Assembly: GCA_033764315.1 (NCBI GenBank)
Contig: JANRJA010000191.1
Location: 1 to 64,000, forward strand
Origin: Oculatellaceae cyanobacterium bins.114
GTDB lineage: Bacteria > Cyanobacteriota > Cyanobacteriia > Elainellales > Elainellaceae
Length of the DNA stretch: 64,000 bases
Direction: 5' to 3'
In this document: positions 47,136-56,771 of the stretch, piece by piece
How the letters are laid out: every line of letters begins with the position of its first letter
Position numbering within the stretch: the first letter of the stretch is position 1
Position numbers and translations under genes: made by a program
Notes under the pieces: generated by a model
What the model was told of the DNA's origin: nothing
Databases searched by the model: none
The model's input: only the letters and a program-made list of their open reading frames with translations

Positions 47136-48052
47136 TGCTCCGATTCTGACAGTTTAAATCCGGCAATCAAAATTATCATCATAATCAAAATCAAAATCGT
47201 TGCCAGTGCAGACGTGCGGGGCAGGTTGGTGGATGCCGCATATTCATTCAGAATCATGCTGGAAAAGAGGGGGAATTTTCCCAGGATAGATTGCCCCGTC
47301 CCTCCTCCCAAAATAATGCCTGATAACACATCTCCTAAACTGATAATCAAACCAAAGATGGCACTGTAGATGATCCCCAATCGACTGAGCGGCAGAATCA
47401 CTCGACAAAAAGTTTGCCATCGGGTTGCCCCCAAATTACGAGCAGCTTCGATCAAACTGCGATCGCTATTTCGCAACACCAAATACAGGATCAAGATCAT
47501 AATTGGCGCGAGATAGTGCAGCAGTCCTAAGCGAGTGCCCCATTGTGTAAAAATAATCTGCAAGGGCGTATCGATCCAGTGCAGTTTTAAGAGCAATGTG
47601 TTCAGCAATCCATTCGTGTTAATGATCGTTTGCCATGCGTAGAGTCGTAGAATATAACTCGTCCAAAAAGGGGCGATCGCTAACACCAAAAAAAATCGTT
47701 GATAGCGTTCTGGAACAACAAACGCCAACACCATCGCGAATGGATAACAGACTAAAATTCCCAGTGCTGTTGTTGTCACTGCGACCCAAAAGGATTGCAG
47801 AATGGCAAAGGCATAGCGCGATCGCGTCAAGAACTGACTAAAGATATCACTATAGTTTTCAAGGGAGAAGCCGGGGACAGCGCGATAATTTTCCGTTGTC
47901 CAAAAGCCAATCCAGATCAGGAACAACAACGGCAACAAAAAAAATACCGCATCGTAAATCACTGCCGGAGCCAGACCAATATATTTCAACAGGCTGGCTT
48001 GACTAGGCAGCTTCAGGGGTGGCGATCGCGTTTCAGAAATTGGGTTGGTCAT
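47132..48052 (-). CDS. PotB-like ABC permease
   Basis: PFWTSYILR, LIEAARNLGA; 4-bp overlaps with both neighbours. Confidence 0.9.
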   Translation of the reverse strand: MTNPISETRSPPLKLPSQASLLKYIGLAPAVIYDAVFFLLPLLFLIWIGFWTTENYRAVPGFSLENYSDIFSQFLTRSRYAFAILQSFWVAVTTTALGILVCYPFAMVLAFVVPERYQRFFLVLAIAPFWTSYILRLYAWQTIINTNGLLNTLLLKLHWIDTPLQIIFTQWGTRLGLLHYLAPIMILILYLVLRNSDRSLIEAARNLGATRWQTFCRVILPLSRLGIIYSAIFGLIISLGDVLSGIILGGGTGQSILGKFPLFSSMILNEYAASTNLPRTSALATILILIMMIILIAGFKLSESEQ

Positions 48053-49242
48053 GACAGTTGCCCACTCATCCGTTCACCCAACAATCCGCTATCCTCCGTC
48101 CTCCAGGACAAATTCACCTGACTGTTAATCGGAATTTGCAAACTGTGATCAAAGGATTCCTGTCGAATCACTTTAATTTCATACCCCGTCTCGGTTTCCA
48201 GGACATAGATCACCTGAGAACCCATAAACTCCCGTCCTCGCAAGGTGGCTTTAAGGCTGTTTTCTGTAGTTGATGGAGACTGAGTCAGGGCAATTCGATC
48301 GGCAGGGATAATCACTGTGACGCGATCGCCCACTTGATGAGATAACTCCTGTATAGGGGTTTCAAAAATTCCTTGCGGGCAACGAACCGTCACCGTCTGG
48401 GAACTGACTCGCATCACATCCCCATCTAACAAATTGTTGTTGCCCACAAATTCTGCAACAAAATGAGTTGCCGGACGGGTATAAATGTCGGCGGGAGACC
48501 CCACCTGCTCAATCTTGCCCCGATTCATCACCACCACCCGATCCGCCATCGAAAACGCTTCATTTTGGTTATGGGTGACGTAAATGAACGAGATGCCCAA
48601 TGCCTGCTGCAAACGTTTTAATTCCCCTTGCATCCTCACCCGTAGATGCGGATCGAGGGCACTCATCGGCTCATCCAGCAGCAGAATTTTGGGTTCCGTG
48701 ATCAGAGCGCGGGCGATCGCCACCCGCTGTTTTTGCCCACCGCTGATTTGGCTGATCCGCCGATCAAGCAACCCATCCAGATGCAAAAGGGAGGCGATCG
48801 CCTGAATCCGTTGCTGCACCTCAGCTTTGCGGTGAGGCACCAGCGTTAAGCCAAAGGCAATATTCTGGCGCACGTTCAGGTGGGGAAATAGGGCAAAACT
48901 TTGCCACACCATTGGCGTATTGCGTTGATGCACCGGCAAATGGGTAATATCCTTACCCCGCAAACGAATTTCCCCAGTCGTAGTGCCTTCCAACCCTGCC
49001 ATGACCCGTAGCAGCGTGGTTTTGCCACAGCCACTGGGGCCCATAATGGCGACAAATTCTCCGGCGGTGACACTGAGATTAATCTCATGCAACACCGACA
49101 GCGCACCATATTGCTTAGAAATATGGCGCAATTCTAGATCATGTGCAGGCAGGGCTGAAGCAGGAGATGGCAGGGGCTGCTCTATAGCCGCGATCGCCTG
49201 ACCAGCCCCCGCCTGTTGTGGGTGAGAGTCAAAGAGCGGCAT
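48049..49242 (-). CDS. PotA-like ABC ATP-binding protein
   Basis: [23 protein letters not shown]-terminal TOBE-like region. Confidence 0.92.
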   Translation of the reverse strand: MPLFDSHPQQAGAGQAIAAIEQPLPSPASALPAHDLELRHISKQYGALSVLHEINLSVTAGEFVAIMGPSGCGKTTLLRVMAGLEGTTTGEIRLRGKDITHLPVHQRNTPMVWQSFALFPHLNVRQNIAFGLTLVPHRKAEVQQRIQAIASLLHLDGLLDRRISQISGGQKQRVAIARALITEPKILLLDEPMSALDPHLRVRMQGELKRLQQALGISFIYVTHNQNEAFSMADRVVVMNRGKIEQVGSPADIYTRPATHFVAEFVGNNNLLDGDVMRVSSQTVTVRCPQGIFETPIQELSHQVGDRVTVIIPADRIALTQSPSTTENSLKATLRGREFMGSQVIYVLETETGYEIKVIRQESFDHSLQIPINSQVNLSWRTEDSGLLGERMSGQLS

Positions 49243-50453
49243 CAGCTTGTCTTAAATTCGTTATAAAGGTCTTGCCAAACTTTTTCGGGTTGATTGACAG
49301 GCAATTGACGGGCACGACTGCGCTCAATCTGAACTTCAACCACGAGTTTGTCAGGAGTGTCGGGATCAGGCACATAGCCCAATAGTTGCTTCTCTGCATC
49401 GCTCATGAAATCTACCGCTTTCAAGTTGGGCGCAATGCCTTTATAGGCTTTTGCATTGGCTAGACGGGCTTGCGTTTCGGGCAGAGACATATACTTGACC
49501 CATTCCAACGCCAATGCTTTGTTCTGGCTAGCCGAACAGACGGTAGCCCCCTCACTCCAACGAATTGAGCCTTCTTTAGGCACCACTGCGGCAAAGTTGT
49601 CATGTCCATCGGCGATCGCATTTTGAATCAACCAGTCACCCACTGGCCCCGCAATGATACTTTCGTTGATAAAGGCGTTCGTGATGTCTTGAATATTGGG
49701 AGTAATTAACGCTACGTTAGGCTTTACCTTAATCAGCCAATCCTTCACCTGCTGCAACTGGTCGTCGGTCAGTTCGTAGGGATTGGGATTATCCGGGAAC
49801 AGAGCAAGGCTGGCGTTACCCATGTTGGGCAGATACCAGTCAAAAAATGCCACCTTGCCTTTCAAGTCTTCCCGCGTCAAAAACTCCCAACTGGTGACTT
49901 CTTCTGGCTTAATATACTTGGTGTTGAAAGCAATGCCATAGTTGCCGTAGCGCGTGCCCACCGCCATGACGTTGCCGTCTTGAATGAAGCCGGGAAAGTC
50001 TTGATAAGCGGGAATGAAGTTTTTAATTTCGGGGAAGTCGTCGGCGTTGAGAGCCTCAACTGCCCCCAGTTCCACCAGTTTCTTCACGTATTCGCCATCA
50101 GAAATAATGCCGTCAAATGTACCGGGGGGCGATTGGTTGAAGAATTGCAGCATTTGTTCGCCGCCCACGTAGGTCTTGAACTCGACCTTGGCTCCTGTCT
50201 GCTCCTGAAACTTGCCGATCACCTCTGGTTCGTCATAGCCCGACCAGGAGAGAATCCGTAATGTCCCGCCACTCGCCGTAGGGCTAGCAGGAGCCTCTGC
50301 CGCAGGACTGCTCTCGGCGGGCGTCGGTTGAGAGGTGCATCCAATCAAGCGGGTGGTCGCTGCTGCCAGAGATGCGGTTGAGGCAAACTGAATAAATTTG
50401 CGTCGGCTAAGAGAACTGATAAATTTTGTCCGTCGTTGATTCATAAGACTCAC
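49242..50453 (-). CDS. PotD-like ABC substrate-binding protein with twin-arginine lipoprotein signal
   Basis: SRRKFIQ...LIGC; LSWSGY; PKEGSIRW. Confidence 0.88.
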   Translation of the reverse strand: MSLMNQRRTKFISSLSRRKFIQFASTASLAAATTRLIGCTSQPTPAESSPAAEAPASPTASGGTLRILSWSGYDEPEVIGKFQEQTGAKVEFKTYVGGEQMLQFFNQSPPGTFDGIISDGEYVKKLVELGAVEALNADDFPEIKNFIPAYQDFPGFIQDGNVMAVGTRYGNYGIAFNTKYIKPEEVTSWEFLTREDLKGKVAFFDWYLPNMGNASLALFPDNPNPYELTDDQLQQVKDWLIKVKPNVALITPNIQDITNAFINESIIAGPVGDWLIQNAIADGHDNFAAVVPKEGSIRWSEGATVCSASQNKALALEWVKYMSLPETQARLANAKAYKGIAPNLKAVDFMSDAEKQLLGYVPDPDTPDKLVVEVQIERSRARQLPVNQPEKVWQDLYNEFKTS

Positions 50454-50470
50454 TCAATCACTCAATAAAC

Positions 50471-50539
50471 AGTAGGTGGGCAATGCCCACAATAGATTCA
50501 ATCCTTAACTTGTGAATTGGGTGGGCAATACCCACCTAC
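50471..50539. repeat. REP-like inverted pair GTAGGTGGGCAATGCCCAC
   Basis: GTAGGTGGG at 50471 and CCCACCTAC ending at 50539, each arm with an internal hairpin. Confidence 0.7.
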
Positions 50540-50563
50540 AAGACTCTACGAAATTTTATCGGG

Positions 50564-52090
50564 CTATAGGGAACCGCTAAAGCGATTGATTGCCAAAGGC
50601 TGAGCCATTGCGGTTTGATACATTTTTTCCATTGCTGGACGTAATTTTTCGGCGTATTGAGTAATCTCGGCAAAACGCGATCGATACTCTGGCAAATACT
50701 CCTTGAGTTCAGCTAATACTTCGTGTTCGTTGATAGTTAGAATCTGTGCATCTTTTACCACCTGTTGACCGTTAATAAACACACTGCGAATCGACTGCCC
50801 ATGTTCTGCATAAACGAGATGGATTGGCAATCGATTACGAGGCGTGAAGCTAAGCGAGTTCAAATCGTAGAGAACAAAATCAGCTTTCATGCCAGGGGCG
50901 ATCGCCCCAATTTCTTGTTCTAACATTGCAGATTTAGCACCGCCATAAGTTGCCCATTTCAGCACATCCGCCGCTCTGGGATAGTGCTCATAGCGATGAT
51001 CTGTGACGGAATGCAACATACCTGCTGTCTTAATCACATCAAACATGTTGAAAGAGTCATTAGAACTCATCCCATCAGACCCCAGTGCAATATTTACCCC
51101 TGCTGCCTTCAGTTCCCGAATAGGGGCAATGCCACTACACAGCCTGAAATTGCTAACTACGTTATGAATCACAGTTGCGCCTGCTTCGGCAATCAGGTCA
51201 ATGTCTCCAGGCGTTAACCAAACCCCGTGGGCGATCGCCGTGCGGTGGGTGAGAATGCCATGCCGTTTAGCGTAGCTCACCACGGTTTCACCATACAACT
51301 CTGGTCCAGTTACTGCCTGAGTTTTGGTTTCCACTAAGTGGGTGTGAATGGGTATGTTGTATTCCTCAGATAATGCGCTAATGCGGTGCATTAGCTCAGG
51401 GGTGACCCGTTGTGAGGCAGAAGGAGCCAACACCAAGGTGACTAATCCCTCTCGTCCGTGCCATTTGCTGTGCAATCGGCGGAACAAATCGACCCAATCA
51501 TCATCAGACATCCCTTGCGCTGACTCAAATTCTTGCTTCACGTCATTGGGCAAGATCTCATCTAGATAGGGAATGGTGTGATGCAGCGGTTTATTAATGC
51601 AATGGAGCGATAAGCTCACTCGCAACCCCAGATCGACGTAGGCTTGAGCCACCGCATCAAAAATTTCTGGTGTGGTGTAAGGCAATTCCAGTAAGTCATC
51701 CTGGATCGTAGTGGCTCCAGACTTGACCATCTCCATTGCCCCAATCAGGGTTCTCAGATAACACAAACGGGGACTCAGATGCTTTGTCACTCTTGGAGAG
51801 TAACTGTATAACATCCACAGTTCCAAAGGCAGTGCCTCATAGCTGCCCTTGTCCAAAATTTCCATTGAGTGGGCATGGGCATTGACAAATCCTGGAATGA
51901 GTAATTGATCGGTTGCATCAATCACTAACATCCCAGATTCAACTAAGTCGATTTCAGGGGCAACCTGAGTGATGCGATCGCCCTCAACCAACACATCCGC
52001 ACAACAGGGTTCCAGATCAAGAGAGCGATCGGAATTGAGAGTAAAGGGCAAAATCGTTGCGTTCTTAATCAGAAGACTGACGTGAGACAT
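50564..52090 (-). CDS. Amidohydrolase (MTA/SAH-deaminase / AtzA-TrzA-like)
   Basis: PGFVNAHAH, HTHLVET, AHGVW, GSDG, PGMKAD. Confidence 0.9.
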   Translation of the reverse strand: MSHVSLLIKNATILPFTLNSDRSLDLEPCCADVLVEGDRITQVAPEIDLVESGMLVIDATDQLLIPGFVNAHAHSMEILDKGSYEALPLELWMLYSYSPRVTKHLSPRLCYLRTLIGAMEMVKSGATTIQDDLLELPYTTPEIFDAVAQAYVDLGLRVSLSLHCINKPLHHTIPYLDEILPNDVKQEFESAQGMSDDDWVDLFRRLHSKWHGREGLVTLVLAPSASQRVTPELMHRISALSEEYNIPIHTHLVETKTQAVTGPELYGETVVSYAKRHGILTHRTAIAHGVWLTPGDIDLIAEAGATVIHNVVSNFRLCSGIAPIRELKAAGVNIALGSDGMSSNDSFNMFDVIKTAGMLHSVTDHRYEHYPRAADVLKWATYGGAKSAMLEQEIGAIAPGMKADFVLYDLNSLSFTPRNRLPIHLVYAEHGQSIRSVFINGQQVVKDAQILTINEHEVLAELKEYLPEYRSRFAEITQYAEKLRPAMEKMYQTAMAQPLAINRFSGSL

Positions 52091-52128
52091 AGATGTTGTC
52101 TCAATTGATGATTCAAAAGGTTGGATTA

Positions 52129-52170
52129 AGCATAAATTCAGTCATTCTTAGAAAATGTCATACAAGATAC
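52129..52170 (-). promoter_or_regulatory. NtcA-type promoter for the amidohydrolase-ABC-creatininase operon
   Basis: Minus strand GTA-TCTTGTAT-GAC (52170-52157), 22 nt, then TATGCT (52134-52129); one mismatch to GTAN8TAC. Confidence 0.6.
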
Positions 52171-52957
52171 ATATCGATTTTTTCTCTGCTATATCCACAA
52201 ACACATCTTAAATCAATTGCTTAATTGACAAGTCAGATTCGATTTAATTTACGGTTTGCTTCATTTTTTGCTACATTATTGTTTTAATCACAATCCAAGC
52301 AATTCACTGTAACCGATTCATTAAGTGCTTTGCTAGTACATATCTTTTACATACTTAACGAACATCAAATCAAGTTTAGATGAACGTATATTGATACTCG
52401 ACTTTCAATAACTTCAGTACGACCAGAGCTGCATCACTGCTTAGGCCAGGAATAGGGAACGATCGTTCAAAAAAAATAAGAAGTTCATCATGAGTACCAA
52501 AGCAAACATCAACCACAATTAATATCTCGTTCTAAAGCATGTTGAAGAATTAGCTTGAATCACACCCATAATTTTACTGAAAGATGAGTTGAAATAGACT
52601 TGAATCTGCGAATATCGTAATCTCAAAGAAAGGAATTGCGATTGTATTAAAGATTACTTTTTCTTCCAATTAAATTCTGGTAATCCTATTTGAGACAAGA
52701 ATAGAACTTAAAAAGTAATATACAGCAACAGTCAAAACAGTTGATTCAAGAAGGGGGGCTTTGCTCAAGCCAAAGGGTGTAAAACCCTTGCACCCCTCCT
52801 AATCAATGCTTCAGTTGCCATAGCTTGTTGCTTTTCTACGGAGTGGTTGAGAGAGTGTGACGTGAGTGTTTTTTGCACTCCAATTTGCCGTTCTTGCCCT
52901 TTCTAGTAACACCTCTATTCTTGAATAGACCTTCTTAATAAGACAGAGATATTTATT

Positions 52958-53929
52958 GTGCAAGATCCAGTTCTTCTAAATGACTGGCACATTGTTGCTA
53001 GAGCCGAGGATGTTCCTCCAATGCACCTTTTGCAGGTTTATCTTCTAGGTCATCGATTGGTGTTATGGCGATGTGAGGATCAAATCAAGGTATGGCAAGA
53101 TCAGTGCCCCCATCGGGGTATTCCCCTTTCATCAGGGTGGGTTCAAGATCAAAACACATTGGTCTGTCCTTATCACGGCATGGTATTTGATGGAGAAGGG
53201 CATTGTCTTCATGTTCCCGCTAGTCCGGCGATCGCTACTTTCCCCAAAACTTCTCAGGTTCGTTCCTTTTTAGCCAAAGAACAATATGGGTATATCTGGG
53301 TGACTTTGGGAAAACCAGTACACGATATTCCCTACTTTGCAGAATGGGATCAACCGGGTTTCTTTCACTTCTTATGCGGTGCTTATACCATCAACACGAG
53401 TGCCCCGCGAGTTATTGAAAACTTTACTGATGTCGCTCACCTTCCCTTTGTGCATGAAGGGTTGTTGGGCGATCGCGCTCATCCTGAAATTTCTGAATAT
53501 CAATTAACGACAGATCACAATGGACTGACAGCACACAATATTGAGTTTTATCAACCTGATCCAGAAGGAACAGGCGAAGCAAAGTCAGTGTCCTATATCT
53601 ACAAAATTTTGCGTCCGTTAATTGCTTATTTCTGCAAAGGATCGGATGAATTTCAGTTCTCCATTTTTCTAGCTGTCACACCCGTTGAAGAACTAAAAAG
53701 TATTGCCTGGTTGGGTGTTTCTAGAAACTATGCTCCCGATGCTAAAGCAGAAGATTTACGAGCGTTTCAAGATCATTTAATGTCGCAAGATATTCCCATG
53801 TTAGAGTCTCAGCATCCACAACGATTGCCACTTGATCTGCAAGCAGAATTTCACTTTCCTGCTGACCAGTTGGCGATCGCTTATCGTAAATGGTTAAAAC
53901 AACTGGGATTAGTATTTGGGACTTGCTAG
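52958..53929 (+). CDS. Rieske oxygenase, VanA/NdmA/SxtT-GxtA-like
   Basis: CPHRG...CPYHG; ENFTDVAHLPFVHEGLLGD; C-terminal AYRKWLKQLGLVFGTC. Confidence 0.88.
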   Translation: MQDPVLLNDWHIVARAEDVPPMHLLQVYLLGHRLVLWRCEDQIKVWQDQCPHRGIPLSSGWVQDQNTLVCPYHGMVFDGEGHCLHVPASPAIATFPKTSQVRSFLAKEQYGYIWVTLGKPVHDIPYFAEWDQPGFFHFLCGAYTINTSAPRVIENFTDVAHLPFVHEGLLGDRAHPEISEYQLTTDHNGLTAHNIEFYQPDPEGTGEAKSVSYIYKILRPLIAYFCKGSDEFQFSIFLAVTPVEELKSIAWLGVSRNYAPDAKAEDLRAFQDHLMSQDIPMLESQHPQRLPLDLQAEFHFPADQLAIAYRKWLKQLGLVFGTC

Positions 53930-53983
53930 TTTACATCCAGCATTGGGCCTATCTAATCAAACCAGTAGTGGCATGTAACCCGC

Positions 53984-54052
53984 TATAGCAATCCTAAATC
54001 ATTTGTGAGATTAGGAGGTTGTGAGAGTCGCAACCCATTTGGGATTGCTATA
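53984..54052. mobile_element. MITE family B copy 2
   Basis: TATAGCAATCCTAAAT...ATTTGGGATTGCTATA. Confidence 0.82.
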
Positions 54053-54074
54053 TAAACGCGATCAAACAAAACCA

Positions 54075-55502
54075 TCACGCCAACCAACCCTGGGCGATCG
54101 CTTGATAGAGTGCCTGATAGCGAGTACGAGCTTTGAGCTTGGTCAACACGTTGTTAATGTGAAATTTCACTGTACTCTCACTAATCAAAATCGTATTCGC
54201 AATATCGCGATCGCGCAGTCCCTGAGCCAACAAGGATAAAATCTCTTGTTCTCGATCTGACAAGATGGGCACCTCCGGCATGGTTGGTTCAATTCCCCAA
54301 CGTTTGCCTTGCAACACACTGGCTAACGCCTCACGCAATTGAGCCGGAGTCAGATTTAAGTTGAGACTGGCATGAACTCCCTTGGGTAACGCCTGATGAA
54401 GCGTATTAACCCACAACACCAATTGAGCCGTAGATAGCAACTCAATATTTTCTGTCAAGAGAGGAATTTTTGTATCTGGGGTGCTATAAACCGTCAAGCC
54501 TGCTAAATAGGCAAGATGAGTAAACGCCAGTTGCAAAACAGGCGATCGGCATTGCACCCGAATGCCCATACCAACCGGGCAACTACCATATGGCAATTTC
54601 AGCAGAACTTGAATTACTTTTTGATGGGTTCCTTGTTGGGTTTGCAACACTCCCCCCAGACAAGAGGCTGCAAAGATAAGTTCGCCAAAGGCAGAGTGAA
54701 GCCAATCATGCGTTGGCATAGATTCTTCTGGTGCAGAAATAATGGCTTCCATTGCCACTGCATCAGCACTATAAGTGAGCCGACAGTAAATGCAATTTAA
54801 CTGCTGCAACACCTCTGCCGCCCGCAAAAAGACATGGCTGACCGAGATGGGCAAGGCTTGCTCTGTGCCAACTAATGTGAGTCGCACAGCCCGCAACACT
54901 GTTGCAATTTGATCTGACAAAGAAGGATTGGGATTGGATAAAACTGGAGTCGCCTGCCAAGATTGCTTTTCTTGTTGATAACGCAAGGCAATATCAAGTG
55001 CGACTGAAACCGTGGTACAGAGACTCCGTAACACCTCTAAAAATTCTGGAGCCATCGAATTTTGGCTAAACAAAGCCAACACCCCAACCACCCGATCGTC
55101 AATCTCTAAGGGATATCCGGCAAAGCCCCGAATATGGTTAGCGATCGCCCACTCTCGGTCTTTGACCCACGACTCTTCAGGCAAGTTGTTGCTGAGAAAC
55201 GACACCCGATTTTGGGCAATCTTGCCAACTTTAAATGCCCCCATTGGCACTTTACCAAAAAAGCCATCCGTGTGGGTATACATCCCCGATGAGGCAACCA
55301 GACGCAATGCAGTGCGATCAGGTTCGACCAGCCAGATGCGGGCAAAAGCACAGTCAAATTGAGCCACTAGCCCTTCGGTGACATGACGAGCGATCGCCTC
55401 TGGGTCTAAACAGCCACCCAAACGCTGAGCAATTTCATTTCCCCGTTGCAGATCAAATAGAAGTCGCGTTGAATCCAGTAGTTCAAGAATCGGTTCAGCC
55501 AC
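54075..55502 (-). CDS. GAF + C-terminal LuxR-HTH regulator
   Basis: N-terminal GAF (ARIWLVEPD...LRLVASSG...FAGYPL...VGVLALF); LSDREQEILSLLAQGLRDRDIA...ISESTVKFHINNVLTKL. Confidence 0.88.
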   Translation of the reverse strand: MAEPILELLDSTRLLFDLQRGNEIAQRLGGCLDPEAIARHVTEGLVAQFDCAFARIWLVEPDRTALRLVASSGMYTHTDGFFGKVPMGAFKVGKIAQNRVSFLSNNLPEESWVKDREWAIANHIRGFAGYPLEIDDRVVGVLALFSQNSMAPEFLEVLRSLCTTVSVALDIALRYQQEKQSWQATPVLSNPNPSLSDQIATVLRAVRLTLVGTEQALPISVSHVFLRAAEVLQQLNCIYCRLTYSADAVAMEAIISAPEESMPTHDWLHSAFGELIFAASCLGGVLQTQQGTHQKVIQVLLKLPYGSCPVGMGIRVQCRSPVLQLAFTHLAYLAGLTVYSTPDTKIPLLTENIELLSTAQLVLWVNTLHQALPKGVHASLNLNLTPAQLREALASVLQGKRWGIEPTMPEVPILSDREQEILSLLAQGLRDRDIANTILISESTVKFHINNVLTKLKARTRYQALYQAIAQGWLA

Positions 55503-55713
55503 GCCAGAATTACCAGAGCCTTTCGTTATTCAGACGCAGATACCCAATTTGCTCTGTATCTAGGACTACATTTCCGTTGAGTTATCAGGAGATAAAAGCT
55601 TATACCATCCCTAGAAATGGGGACGACCCATCAATCTCTTGGTCAAAGCATCTGTCAGAGCATTTCGCAAAACGCCCTTGCCGCTCAAAGGTCTAATAAC
55701 CCTCGACTATTCC

Positions 55714-55780
55714 AGATCCCCAGTTTCAAGGGATGGAACTAAGCACCTTTCAGGCAGCTTCAATAAGAAACCGGGGATCT
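55714..55780. repeat. 67-bp inverted-repeat element, family A copy 4
   Basis: AGATCCCCAGTTTC...GAAACCGGGGATCT; shares internal GCACCTTTCAGGCA with copy 1. Confidence 0.85.
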
Positions 55781-55790
55781 AAACCCCTAT

Positions 55791-55861
55791 CAGGTCGGGT
55801 TAAGGTCAAGAAACCTAACGGAGCAACTGGCGTTGGGTTTCACCTCGTTCAACCCAACCTG
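55791..55861. repeat. REP-like inverted repeat
   Basis: CAGGTCGGGTT...AACCCAACCTG arms with internal hairpins. Confidence 0.55.
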
Positions 55862-55991
55862 TTAACTGTGCATTTTCAAAAAGAATCAGTCTAAAGCTAG
55901 AAACTGTCAAAAAATAAAGCCAACACAAACAGTTTTAAACTGCGTTGTATCGGCTTATCTAAAAGTTGTAATTAATTTTTGGAAAACAAAA

Positions 55992-56393
55992 TCAGGTAGA
56001 CGGTTTTACTTGTTTTGCCATATCCATAAACCGATTTAAGCTTGGCCCCGGACGACGACGACTGTTGCCCGATGTAGTCGTCAAAAAGTTGGGGGCAAAA
56101 GTCGGAGGAGCCGCAGGAGCCGAAGCTGCTGGAGCTTTACCATTTGAAGACTCAGTCTTAACAGGTTCAGCCACAACGGGTTGTGGAGTTGCTACTGCTT
56201 TCACAGGTTCTGCTTTGACAGGCTCTGGCTTAGCCGCAGGAGCAGATGCTTTTATCTCTGGCTTAGGACTTGAATCTTCTAATTCAAGAAAATATTCAGA
56301 CTTTTTACCAATTCCAACTAACCCCAACACACCTTTTATGAATCCACCTAAAAATGCAAAAATGCCACCGATTAATTTTTGGATAACGCCCAT
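55992..56393 (-). CDS. Conserved cyanobacterial Pro/Ala-rich hypothetical protein
   Basis: Amphipathic N-terminus, YFLEL motif and C-terminal RRRPGPSLNRFMDMA. Confidence 0.75.
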   Translation of the reverse strand: MGVIQKLIGGIFAFLGGFIKGVLGLVGIGKKSEYFLELEDSSPKPEIKASAPAAKPEPVKAEPVKAVATPQPVVAEPVKTESSNGKAPAASAPAAPPTFAPNFLTTTSGNSRRRPGPSLNRFMDMAKQVKPST

Positions 56394-56771
56394 TGTTGCG
56401 ATCGCTCCTAACTGTTCTCAAATATCAGTTTAAACGCCTTTAACCCTATGGTAGAGACGAAATTTAGCCCCAAATCAACATCCTCGATTGACGCACCAAT
56501 TATGAGATTTCCTAAGAGCACTCACAAGATTAGTTCAAGTTATTTTACAAAAGTTTATGAGAAGAACTAAATAAGTACAATTACTCATTTTCGGAGTTAG
56601 TCAGCCCCATAACAACTTTAATAAAAAGGTAAAGAACCCGCCTCAAATAAGTTGAAGTGCCTTTGATCAAATCAACCAAAGAATTGGCACAAACCGTTGC
56701 TCTGTTTTACATGAGTTGACGCTTACTTTAATACTACTTCGTTGTTGAAAGTCTGGAGCAAGATGACATCG

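Noticed and set aside
34162-52226. Shared TTGCTTAATT at 34162 and 52217
   Set aside because: A short AT-rich match, not distinguishable from chance without statistics.
52726-52744. CAACAGTCAAAACAGTTGA as a third GntR operator
   Set aside because: Spacing differs by 2 nt, and it lies in a probable TACAGCAAC...GTTGCCATA MITE-like element.
52958-53929. Saxitoxin or guanitoxin biosynthetic cluster
   Set aside because: No sxtA/G/I, PLP cyclodehydratase, methyltransferase or kinase genes; the importers and hydrolases indicate catabolism.
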